Shown piece by piece: positions 20,331-28,965 of a stretch of DNA of 64,000 bases (position 1 is its first letter; each line of letters opens with the position of its first letter). Made by a program: the position numbers and the translations under genes. A model generated the notes under the pieces. The model ran no database searches, was not told the origin of the DNA, and worked only from the letters and a program-made list of their open reading frames with translations. Location of the stretch: NCBI GenBank assembly GCA_963729895.1, contig CAVSQB010000005.1:192001-256000 (forward strand), in the 5' to 3' direction. The DNA is from an uncultured Fibrobacterota bacterium. GTDB taxonomy: Bacteria > Fibrobacterota > Chitinivibrionia > Chitinivibrionales > FEN-1185.

Positions 20331-22097
20331 TTATTTCCCCACCCACGATGCGACCCACGCAACGGCCCCCGCGAGATAAAACTGCCCGTCCGCAAAAATA
20401 TTGAACAGGACAGACCTGCTCATACGGTGCTCGCGGTTGAGCCGGATGAAGACATACAAATACAGCAGCGGGACCATCTGAAGAAAGAAGTTCAGCGATA
20501 TGCGCAGCTCCTGGGCAGGCGAGACAACCAGGGGAGAGAGCGCGCACAGCGCACCCGCAAGCAGGATCGCGACGAGAACCGTCTTCCCGGCGCGGTCTTC
20601 GCCGATAATCGTAACGAGTGTTTCCCTCCCCATGATCCGGTCGCCCTCTATGTCACGCAAATCGAAAATGAGCGATCTCAGGAAGGCCAGCACGAAAATA
20701 AGGACGAAACACGATCCTGATAGTAAAGAGAGCTTGAATGTCCCCGCGCTTGCGTGAGGAAGGACCGTGAGCACGGTGCCCCAGGCGAGCGCGACGAACA
20801 GATCGCGTGACGTGGGAATATCTTTGAGGCTTGTATACCGCAGCAGTTTCTTGAGAAAAGGAGGGACAATCCTGATGTGATAAACGCTTCCCGCGAACAT
20901 GGCAAACGCCATGACGTACAGCAGCATTCTGCTTTGCAAAAAGCTGACGGCGAGCAGCAGCAGCATGCTGACGGCCACAATCGCGTACAAGGCCGGCTTG
21001 TGGCTCCGGTAGAAGCGGTATCTGCCCATTCCGAGATGTTGGGTGGCTTCAATGCTGGCAAGGCTGTTCCACAAATACATGGAAAGAAAATAGAGAAACG
21101 AGATGACCGCTCCCGACGGCTTCGGGGCAAACCCCTGCAGCGAGCACGAGGCATAGTAGACGCACCCGGCGCCGAGGGCGACAATGATGTTGAGGGAGGA
21201 GAAGATGTCTATGCTGTGGCGGATCAGGTTGACCGGTGTCTTTTTCTTTGTCTGGTCCATATACATAAGGTAATCGGTGATGCGCTTGATCATCCAGCTG
21301 GGCGTGGAGGCGCCGGCGGTGATGCCCACGGTCGTGCAGTCGGATATCTTGTCCCATGCGATTTCGTTCTCCGTTTCCACCCACTGCGTGGGCGTTCCGG
21401 AAGCGGCCGCGATGTTCGCGAGCCGTTTTGTGTTTGCGCTGTTTTTGCCGCCCACCACGATCATGGCATCCACCGCATGGGCAAGCTCGCGCGTCTCATT
21501 CTGCCGGCGGTCGGTTGCGGAACAAATCGTCTTCTTGATCACCACTTCGCAACCGGTTGCATAGCGTTCACGGATGCGATCAGCGATTTCGTCGAATGTG
21601 GCGGTGTCGAATGTGGTCTGCGAAACGAGACATAGCTTTGTAAACCCCGGCAATCCGTCGACGTCCTCGGGTGATACGATGAGGTGGCCGGCGTAGCCCG
21701 CGTATCCCTGCAATCCCACAACCTCCGCATGCCCCTCGTCGCCGGCGATGACGATTGCAAATCCCTGGTCCCGGTATTTCTCGATCACGCGGTGTACGGT
21801 CTTTACTTTTGGACATGTGCCGTCGATGATATGGCCGCGGGACTCCCAGGATTTCTCGACATCGGGCGGCACCCCATGCGCGCGGATGAGGATGGTGGAG
21901 CCGGCCGGGACTTGTTTTGATTCGTCAAGCGTGGAGATGCGGCGTTCCCGCAGCATCTCCACGGTCTGGTTATTGTGGATAAGCGGTCCCAGCGTGTACA
22001 CGCCCGGGCCGGGCCCGGCCGCGTGTTCGAGGGCGAGGTCTACGGCGCGGCGTACGCCCATACAAAACCCTGCCGTGGTCGCGGTGACGATCTTCAT
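20331..22097 (-). CDS. ispH: HMBPP reductase IspH fused to a C-terminal UbiA-like membrane domain
   Basis: GFCMGV, DGTCPKV, TICSAT, HAEV, SANT, GITAGASTP; then about 8 TMs with FDLRDIEGD. Confidence 0.92.
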   Translation of the reverse strand: MKIVTATTAGFCMGVRRAVDLALEHAAGPGPGVYTLGPLIHNNQTVEMLRERRISTLDESKQVPAGSTILIRAHGVPPDVEKSWESRGHIIDGTCPKVKTVHRVIEKYRDQGFAIVIAGDEGHAEVVGLQGYAGYAGHLIVSPEDVDGLPGFTKLCLVSQTTFDTATFDEIADRIRERYATGCEVVIKKTICSATDRRQNETRELAHAVDAMIVVGGKNSANTKRLANIAAASGTPTQWVETENEIAWDKISDCTTVGITAGASTPSWMIKRITDYLMYMDQTKKKTPVNLIRHSIDIFSSLNIIVALGAGCVYYASCSLQGFAPKPSGAVISFLYFLSMYLWNSLASIEATQHLGMGRYRFYRSHKPALYAIVAVSMLLLLAVSFLQSRMLLYVMAFAMFAGSVYHIRIVPPFLKKLLRYTSLKDIPTSRDLFVALAWGTVLTVLPHASAGTFKLSLLSGSCFVLIFVLAFLRSLIFDLRDIEGDRIMGRETLVTIIGEDRAGKTVLVAILLAGALCALSPLVVSPAQELRISLNFFLQMVPLLYLYVFIRLNREHRMSRSVLFNIFADGQFYLAGAVAWVASWVGK

Positions 22098-22224
22098 GCG
22101 GTAAAAATACATGATGATGGCCGCGTGTCCTACAGGAGCGGCCGGTACGCCGGTTGGCCTCGATTCCCGGCCCGGCACATTTTACTCTTCATGACCGACT
22201 CAGCATGAGCCATTTTTAAAGCCT

Positions 22225-23157
22225 ATGCCCGAAAAAATCATCGATGTTGAGGACCTTTCCAAGAGTTTCGGCCCGCGCATGGTATTCGAACATGCCGCCC
22301 TTTCCGTTGAAGAAGGAACGACGTTCGGGCTGGTGGGACTTAACGGAAGCGGAAAAACGACTTTTATCCGTCTGTTGCTCGGGCTGCTGAAGCCGGACCG
22401 GGGCAGTGTGCGGGTTCTCGGGTTCGAGCCGTGGAAGCATGAGGCGGCGTATTACCGGCGCCTGGGAGTGATCTTGGACCATGACGGGTTTGCGGGAAAC
22501 CTGACGGTTTTGGAGAACATGAAGATATTCGCTGCCGCCAAAGCGGTTTCGTGGCGTCAGGCGCTCGACTACGTGGAAGAGTACTGGGCGGGGACATTCA
22601 TCCACGAAGAAGTGTTCGGCGTGCGCGGCAAGGTGAAGTACCTGTCAAGGGGCCAGAAAATGCAGTGCGCCCTCTGCCGCGCGTTTCTTTCGCGCAGCCG
22701 GGCCTATTTTTTCGATGAGCCCACGGTTTCGTTGGACGTTGACGCATGCGATCATTTTTACTCGCTCGTGCGGCGGGAACGGGAGGCCGGCAGCACGGTC
22801 CTCATCAGTTCGCACCAGTTGGCCGCCATCGAAGAATTGTGCGATAGCGTGGGGATGCTGCGCGGCAAGACCGTGACCCTGCTTGCATCCGGCGCCGACG
22901 CGTCGGCGCCGAAACCGTGGTTTCTGCGCGTGCGGCCGGAAGAGAATGTCGGCGCAATCATAGAGGCGCTGTGCAACGTTCCCGCCGCCTATTACGGCGG
23001 CGCGTGGCATTTTTCGGTCCTCAACCCGGACGCCGCCGTTCCCAGGCTGGTCAATGCGCTTGTCTCGGCGGGCTGCGACATTGCCGAGGTGAGGCCCGAG
23101 CTGCACTCACTCAAGGACAGGATGCGCACTCATTCCGGAAACGGGGAAGGGGCGTAG
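22225..23157 (+). CDS. ABC transporter ATP-binding protein (ABC-2 type)
   Basis: GLNGSGKTT, LSRGQ, FFDEPT, SSH. Confidence 0.9.
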   Translation: MPEKIIDVEDLSKSFGPRMVFEHAALSVEEGTTFGLVGLNGSGKTTFIRLLLGLLKPDRGSVRVLGFEPWKHEAAYYRRLGVILDHDGFAGNLTVLENMKIFAAAKAVSWRQALDYVEEYWAGTFIHEEVFGVRGKVKYLSRGQKMQCALCRAFLSRSRAYFFDEPTVSLDVDACDHFYSLVRREREAGSTVLISSHQLAAIEELCDSVGMLRGKTVTLLASGADASAPKPWFLRVRPEENVGAIIEALCNVPAAYYGGAWHFSVLNPDAAVPRLVNALVSAGCDIAEVRPELHSLKDRMRTHSGNGEGA

Positions 23158-23161
23158 ACAC

Positions 23162-23824
23162 GTGAACGAAATAGGCGTGATAGTCCGGAAGGAATGGCGT
23201 AACTTCGCAGGGAGTGAGAGAGGCGTTTTTGTGGTATACGGTGCGCTCGTGCTCGCTTGGAGCCTGCTGGTAAGGAACAATATCCTAAATTCGTCAATGT
23301 TGTTCACCGGCATGTGGTGGCTCTCCCTGTCGGTCCTCATCAGCAGCACCGTTGCAAATTCGGTGTTCGTTGCCGAGCGGATAAGCGGGTCCATGGAGAT
23401 CCTTCTCACCTGCGGGTTTTCGCGTTCCGCAGTACTGTACGGAAAGGTGCTCTTTGTCGTATTGGTGTCGGTTGCGCTCGGCGCCGTGTGTTCCGGCCTT
23501 GCCCTGATGTGGAGCATCGGCGACAACCCGGCGCTTTTCCTGCGTGGCATCCTCGCCAACGCGGATCTGTATTGCGGCGGCGCCTTTCTGAGTGCCACTG
23601 CCGGAGCATGGCTGTCAATCAGGTTTTCGAGCCCCAGAATAATCCCGTTTGTCGTCCTCATCCTGGTTTCCGGCGTGTGCGGGGCATATCTCGCAATTGC
23701 ACAGTTCACCGGTCTGCCCGAATGGGCACTCTTTCTTCTGACCCTGGTGATAGGTGCGGGTTTCCTCAGTCTCGCCAGAAGGGATTTCCACGGTGAAAAG
23801 ATCATTGCTCCGCTCGATATCTAG
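23162..23824 (+). CDS. ABC-2 type permease
   Basis: IVRKEWR, FVAERISGSMEILL, VLYGK; about 6 TMs. Confidence 0.82.
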   Translation: MNEIGVIVRKEWRNFAGSERGVFVVYGALVLAWSLLVRNNILNSSMLFTGMWWLSLSVLISSTVANSVFVAERISGSMEILLTCGFSRSAVLYGKVLFVVLVSVALGAVCSGLALMWSIGDNPALFLRGILANADLYCGGAFLSATAGAWLSIRFSSPRIIPFVVLILVSGVCGAYLAIAQFTGLPEWALFLLTLVIGAGFLSLARRDFHGEKIIAPLDI

Positions 23825-24821
23825 GTACCTTGTCGTTTCTCTCTGCGCGGTTCTTATTGCGTCGTGCGTCGGAGAAGCCAAGCACTCCCGGCGTTTCTCC
23901 GCGCTCGATACGGTAATTTCCGTGACGCTCTATTCCCATTCGGCGCGCTCCGAAGCCGACCTGGATTCCCTGCAGGCGCTGTTCGCCCGGTTCGAAGACA
24001 GCCTGTCCATTTCGAAGGCCGAAAGCGAGATCTACCGCATCAACCGCCGGTCCGATTCGATCGTGACGGTAAGCGTCATGCTGCGCCGTATTCTGGCTGT
24101 TTGCAGAAGCGAATTCGCGGCGTCAGGCGGACTGTTCGACGTCACCGTTGAGCCCCTCAAAACGCTCTACGGCCTGGAATCGCACCAGAAGGAAAACCAT
24201 GTTCCCACGCAAGCGGAACTCGCGTCCGCGATGTCGAATATCGGCTTCGGCCGCATCCGGTTTGTGTCGGACAGCGTTCTTGCCATGCCCGCCGGCATGC
24301 ACCTCGATTTCGGCGGTATTGCAAAGGGGTATGTCCTCACGCAGGCGGAACTGTTGCTTCACCGGAAAGGCTACAGGAGCTTTCTCGTGAACGCCGGCGG
24401 CGACCTCATCGCCTGCGGTACAAAGCCGTCCGGCGATCCCTGGAACATCGGCATCCAGGACCCCCGCAGATCGGAGGACCTCATCGCCACACTTGCCTGC
24501 TCCACCGCCACGGTCTTCACAAGCGGCGACTACGAACGGTGCTTTATTGTCAACGGCAAACGCTATCATCACCTGTTCGACCCGCATACCGGCGTACCGG
24601 GGTCTCTCAACATGAGCGCCACCGTGGTGGGGAGCGACCCGCTGGTGGTTGACGCTGTCGTCAAGACGGCGTTCCTCATGCCGGCTCCGCAGGCCCTGCG
24701 TTACCTTGCGTCAAGGAACATGCAGGGATTTCTCATCGACAGCGCGAAGGTGGGGTGGGCGAGCGCGGGATTACAAGGTGCGTTGAAACCGGATTCCGGG
24801 TTTGTGGTTCATTTCGAGTAG
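23793..24821 (+). CDS. apbE: FAD:protein FMN transferase ApbE (lipoprotein)
   Basis: Lipobox IASC, GLFDVTV, LDFGGIAKGY, NAGGD, TSGDYER, YHHLFDP; start approximate. Confidence 0.92.
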   Translation: MKRSLLRSISRYLVVSLCAVLIASCVGEAKHSRRFSALDTVISVTLYSHSARSEADLDSLQALFARFEDSLSISKAESEIYRINRRSDSIVTVSVMLRRILAVCRSEFAASGGLFDVTVEPLKTLYGLESHQKENHVPTQAELASAMSNIGFGRIRFVSDSVLAMPAGMHLDFGGIAKGYVLTQAELLLHRKGYRSFLVNAGGDLIACGTKPSGDPWNIGIQDPRRSEDLIATLACSTATVFTSGDYERCFIVNGKRYHHLFDPHTGVPGSLNMSATVVGSDPLVVDAVVKTAFLMPAPQALRYLASRNMQGFLIDSAKVGWASAGLQGALKPDSGFVVHFE

Positions 24822-24841
24822 AGACGCACGACCGTGCGTCT

Positions 24842-26023
24842 CTACTCGGAGGCCTTTTCTTCCATTCTCGTTATGACAATGCCGTACAGCGCCGCAGCCC
24901 ATCCGGCAATTCCCTTTTGTTTACCGGCACCCGTCTCACCGGCCGGAGCCCGAGGTTTTTTCCCCGAAAACAACGCCGCAATCCTGTTCCTCGCATAGGT
25001 CCGGCTGTCCTCCGCGATCCCCGGGAAATATTCGAGAGCGCACACGCCGGCAAAGAGAGTTTCCCCGTGCCTGCGGAACACGCGTCCCAGGGAATGCAGC
25101 ACAACGGAATGGAAGTTGAAATGGGAAAGGATGAACGAGACCTGCAGCCAGGTCCAGAGCCGAAGCCATTGCAGCAGCGTGAGATGAAGGCCTTCGCGGG
25201 TGAGGAAGGGCACGCTTTCGACGCGCGCGCCGTAGGATAAAAACAAGTTGACACAGGCGATAAAAACAAACAGCACCCAGAAGCCGGACAGGGGCTTCAC
25301 AAATGCTTCCATCGACCCTTTCCGAATGATCTGCACAATGAGCGACGCGCCGGCCGCGCTCAAACACAGGGCCGCAACCGAATCGGTACATACGATCGCC
25401 ATGCAGCCTGCAAGCAACACAAGGGAGAATAACCGGTCTTTCGGACGCGCGGAAAAACGCGGCGCCGCGGCTCCTGCCGACGACCTCCGGGGAAGTGGGA
25501 CGGCTTTTTGCAAAACGCCGTACGCGGCCGGCGCAAGCGCGCCCACGATGCCGCCGAACGCCACGGACGCGGCGAGCATCACCGGGACTTGATAGAACAG
25601 GTGTAGGTTGGCGGCCATGAATCCGTACACGGCAATCAATTGGCCCGCATTATGGAACAGGGCGCCGATTATCCCGATTCCAACGGTGCCGATCAGCCTT
25701 TTCTTGCCGAGCACCTGCCACGCAATGCCCATCACCACGGCGGACAATACTCCGCCGCTTACCGCAAGGGACATGGTGAGAAACGAAAATCCGAAATAGA
25801 ACCCCACGATCCATGTCCGCAGCAGGGCATACAGGACCGCGTCTATTGCCCCGAACTCCACAATCCACAGAATGGTAATGATGTTCGCCAGTCCGGGCTT
25901 GAGCCACGGAAAAAAGGGAAGACGCGGCACAAAGAACTCAAGCGCGTTGATCGCTACGGCGCACAGCAGCCATGCCGTCTTCTTCACAACCTGCGCCTGC
26001 GCTTTGCTATCGAGTGACTGCAT
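24842..26023 (-). CDS. Gx transporter / 'heptaprenyl diphosphate synthase component I' domain fused to an EcfT/CbiQ-like domain
   Basis: N-half LEFFVP-PFFPWLKPGLANI, GALFHNAGQL; C-half VNLFL...LTREGL...WLRL...ALEYFPGIAED. Confidence 0.75.
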   Translation of the reverse strand: MQSLDSKAQAQVVKKTAWLLCAVAINALEFFVPRLPFFPWLKPGLANIITILWIVEFGAIDAVLYALLRTWIVGFYFGFSFLTMSLAVSGGVLSAVVMGIAWQVLGKKRLIGTVGIGIIGALFHNAGQLIAVYGFMAANLHLFYQVPVMLAASVAFGGIVGALAPAAYGVLQKAVPLPRRSSAGAAAPRFSARPKDRLFSLVLLAGCMAIVCTDSVAALCLSAAGASLIVQIIRKGSMEAFVKPLSGFWVLFVFIACVNLFLSYGARVESVPFLTREGLHLTLLQWLRLWTWLQVSFILSHFNFHSVVLHSLGRVFRRHGETLFAGVCALEYFPGIAEDSRTYARNRIAALFSGKKPRAPAGETGAGKQKGIAGWAAALYGIVITRMEEKASE

Positions 26024-26384
26024 CAACGGCTTTCCCGGACGACGTCTCAAGTTGTATGAGGATGTGATTGGGGGCGCACACGATCTGCTGGCCGCTGTGG
26101 CGTATGGTTCCCGTGTGCACGCATGTCTGCTGGGGACAATCGGCGGACACCACGCACACGCCGTTGTCGTGAATGGAAAGCGTGAGGTTTCCGTTCGCAC
26201 CGGCGAGTGTCACCGTTTTCCGGACGTCAAGGGGATATTCCGCGATTTTTGCGTTGTCCCTATAGACAACCGCCAGGGCCGGCTGGTGCGCCCGGAACAC
26301 AGGCCAGAATGCGAACGCGCCGGCAATGCATCCCGCTATGATGAGAACGTCAAGAGGTCGAAAGGAGGCGAGGGAATGGCTCAT
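26007..26384 (-). CDS. NusG domain II-containing membrane-anchored protein
   Basis: N-terminal TM, ADCPQQTCVHTGTI...QIVCAPN; overlaps the Gx gene start. Confidence 0.9.
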   Translation of the reverse strand: MSHSLASFRPLDVLIIAGCIAGAFAFWPVFRAHQPALAVVYRDNAKIAEYPLDVRKTVTLAGANGNLTLSIHDNGVCVVSADCPQQTCVHTGTIRHSGQQIVCAPNHILIQLETSSGKAVDAVTR

Positions 26385-26732
26385 AGGGAAGAGGCCGGCT
26401 TTCGATGAGGCTGCCTGGCATGATTTGCTAAAACGCCTGATGAACTAATCAGTTTCAATTTTCCCGTTCAAGTCTAAGAAAGAGATTTGTTACTTTGATC
26501 CAAGTGAACGGCGAAATCTAATATAATGGATTGCCGTGAGCCGCAAAGAAATCGTGCCACAATCGGACAGCTATAATTGAATCCCCCAGCGGGCGACTGT
26601 AGACATGTCTTTTTCCATAGGGATGGAAGATTGCAGGCTGCTCACTGGGGTGTATCCCACAAGGGGACTCCAATGGTCGCATCCAGTCGTAATGGCGGTC
26701 ATCGCAGCTTGCTGCGAGTTCTTCAATATTCG

Positions 26733-27419
26733 TTAATCTGCAATGAGAGACGGAATTTCCCTTTTCTCAACCGTAAAACTTTTCACACTCCTTCCACGTT
26801 CTTCCCAGATGCGCCAGTATTGGGTCTTGGTGCCGAGGGGGATGTTTTCAACCGTAAGAGTTTCCCGCCCCATATCGCACCTGATAATGTCTTTCATGCA
26901 TTCGAAAAACAGGTTTGAGTCTGTGGCAAAAAAGAAGCGGCCGCCGGGGACCAGCGCGTTGTAGAGGGTTTGCAGAAATCGTCGCCGTCTCGCGTTAGCG
27001 CGCTCCTGGTGGTAATCCTTGGGAGGGTTGGGGAGTAGATAAAAGGCTGCTCTCACCGTATGAGGCCGCAAGAGCGGCAGCATCGCGTTGAAGTTTCCCC
27101 GGATGAATTTGATATTTTCCATATTTGATGCGGCGGCTTCCTTTATGGCGCAAAAAAGCGGCTTCCGTGACATGTCGATGCCGAGAAAATTGACATCAGG
27201 AAATGCCCTTGCCCGGCCGCACATAAGGGCGCCGGTCCCGCAGCCGAAGTCTATTTCCAACGGACGACCGTTGCCGAATAGTTCCGGTGATGTCAAGCCC
27301 GGGAAGCGGTGCGGTTCGCGGTGCAGGTCGCGCCCACACCAGTATCGCAGGTAGTTCGCGGTGCTCCGCTCGTCAGGCGGGTCGATACGGATTCGGGTCG
27401 GGTGTCGTCCTCTGGCCAT
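26733..27419 (-). CDS. TrmB-like SAM-dependent methyltransferase
   Basis: LEIDFGCGTG, NFLGID, LPNP, LVPGGRFFFATD, TQYWRIW; divergent from canonical FPDPW. Confidence 0.75.
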   Translation of the reverse strand: MARGRHPTRIRIDPPDERSTANYLRYWCGRDLHREPHRFPGLTSPELFGNGRPLEIDFGCGTGALMCGRARAFPDVNFLGIDMSRKPLFCAIKEAAASNMENIKFIRGNFNAMLPLLRPHTVRAAFYLLPNPPKDYHQERANARRRRFLQTLYNALVPGGRFFFATDSNLFFECMKDIIRCDMGRETLTVENIPLGTKTQYWRIWEERGRSVKSFTVEKREIPSLIAD

Positions 27420-27691
27420 GATTCCCAAAATACATTTGTCCGGCAGCGGCTGCGGTCAGACAATGGTGAATATCCGACGGCGTGCCGCGGGTCTGCAATC
27501 CCATACCGCAACCATTTACAAATTATGTATTTCTGGCCCGCAAAGCAACTCTTGCGGCATGGGGGCGCAGGCATAGGGACTGAACTGAAGCGAGAGATTC
27601 TTCTCATTCTTGCCAAAAGAATTCCCATTATGCGGAATTGTCCCGAAAGGTAAGACCCCGCGGCCGACGTGGCACCCATGGAAAGCCGGCA

Positions 27692-27706
27692 TGGCATAGG
27701 ATTTGC
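27692..27706 (+). promoter_or_regulatory. Sigma54 -24/-12 promoter
   Basis: TGGCATAGGATTTGC, close to the consensus TGGCACRNNNTTGC. Confidence 0.55.
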
Positions 27707-27795
27707 CGTCTTGCTCTTAAATTGGAAAGTTTTTTCACGAGAATGTGCACAATCTCATTCTCTGCTGTAAAGTCGTTTTCCGAGAAGGAGGATTT

Positions 27796-28224
27796 ATGAA
27801 ACGGTTGATAGTTGCATTGGCCGCCGTCTTGGTTTGCTCGGCACCCTCATTTGCAAATCTGCACCACGGGTGGAAAGGCACTGTTCATCTCATTGCCGTT
27901 CCGTTTATTGCCGGCACCGGAATTTATTCTGATGTCAGGATATTGCAAACTGCGGACAGGGACTTCACCAGAGCGGGCGCTATCACGAACCTGAGTCTAT
28001 TGGGAGTTCAGGCGGCCTTGGGGGCGACGATTTTCGCGGGAGACAACGACCAGTCGCCGGTAATCAGGGTAGTCCACAGAATAGTAGGTGTTGCCGTTGT
28101 TGCTTCCGGATTTTGGATCAGCATTCAGGGTGCGCGTGATCCGGGAGTCCCGAATCTTACGCGAAACGTCTCCTACGCACACACAGTTCTTGCCTCCGCA
28201 CCTTTGATTTTGTTCACATTTTAG
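27796..28224 (+). CDS. Hypothetical exported/membrane protein
   Basis: RBS AAGGAGG, signal peptide (SFA), several hydrophobic helices with His residues. Confidence 0.75.
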   Translation: MKRLIVALAAVLVCSAPSFANLHHGWKGTVHLIAVPFIAGTGIYSDVRILQTADRDFTRAGAITNLSLLGVQAALGATIFAGDNDQSPVIRVVHRIVGVAVVASGFWISIQGARDPGVPNLTRNVSYAHTVLASAPLILFTF

Positions 28225-28439
28225 GATCTTTCGAGCCTTAAGGGGTTCGGATTACCTGGCTTTTATCCTCAAGCGTCAAGAGAGGCATTTCAAAATTTGA
28301 CTGTTATGCGCGTAAATGCCTATATTTCTTCCTGAAGAATGCTAACAATGAGAATCAATATTGTTAACAGTTTTTCTTCGACAAACGCGTATTCTTGTGG
28401 AGAAGATGGAACGTGATGATGAAGAGAAAGGGGAAGTGT

Positions 28440-28880
28440 ATGTATAAGGTAATTGTGGCCCTTATCTTTATTGCGTCAATCACAAATTTCGTTCTGGGCG
28501 ACAATGAGAAATATGCAATAGCCAATCAGGATACTGTTGCTGTTTTCAAGAACGAAAATCATTTGGCAGGTGAAGCCCCATTGTTCACCTTCGGCCGGCA
28601 GGACCGGCCTCTTATCATTGCAGCGGGCAGTAAAACCTATGAAATACAAAAGAACAATCTGGTAGGCTGGGTAGATAAGGAATTGGTTGCCGTTTCCTTC
28701 GGAAAAACCATGGTTTTTGACACAGCGAATGTGATGGGATATTTGGACAACCCGCCTGCGATCTATATTATTGATGCAAATAACCCTGCTGCACAACCGA
28801 TCAAGCTCGAACGGTCCTTTGCCATTGAAATACAGGAGAATGTTGATCGGGAGACTGTTGAGCGAGAAGCTGCAAGATAA
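28440..28880 (+). CDS. Hypothetical secreted protein with an SH3b-like segment
   Basis: Signal peptide, YEIQKNNLVGWVDKELV. Confidence 0.65.
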   Translation: MYKVIVALIFIASITNFVLGDNEKYAIANQDTVAVFKNENHLAGEAPLFTFGRQDRPLIIAAGSKTYEIQKNNLVGWVDKELVAVSFGKTMVFDTANVMGYLDNPPAIYIIDANNPAAQPIKLERSFAIEIQENVDRETVEREAAR

Positions 28881-28965
28881 GATTAGAGCGGAAAGCGGAA
28901 GGGAAAGCATGTCGGACCAATAGCGCAGCGAGAAGTTTTTGGTGAAACGAGATAACAGAGCTGTT

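Noticed and set aside
26417..26429. TGGCATGATTTGC as a sigma54 promoter
   Set aside because: GG-GC spacing is 8 rather than 10, and no downstream + strand gene
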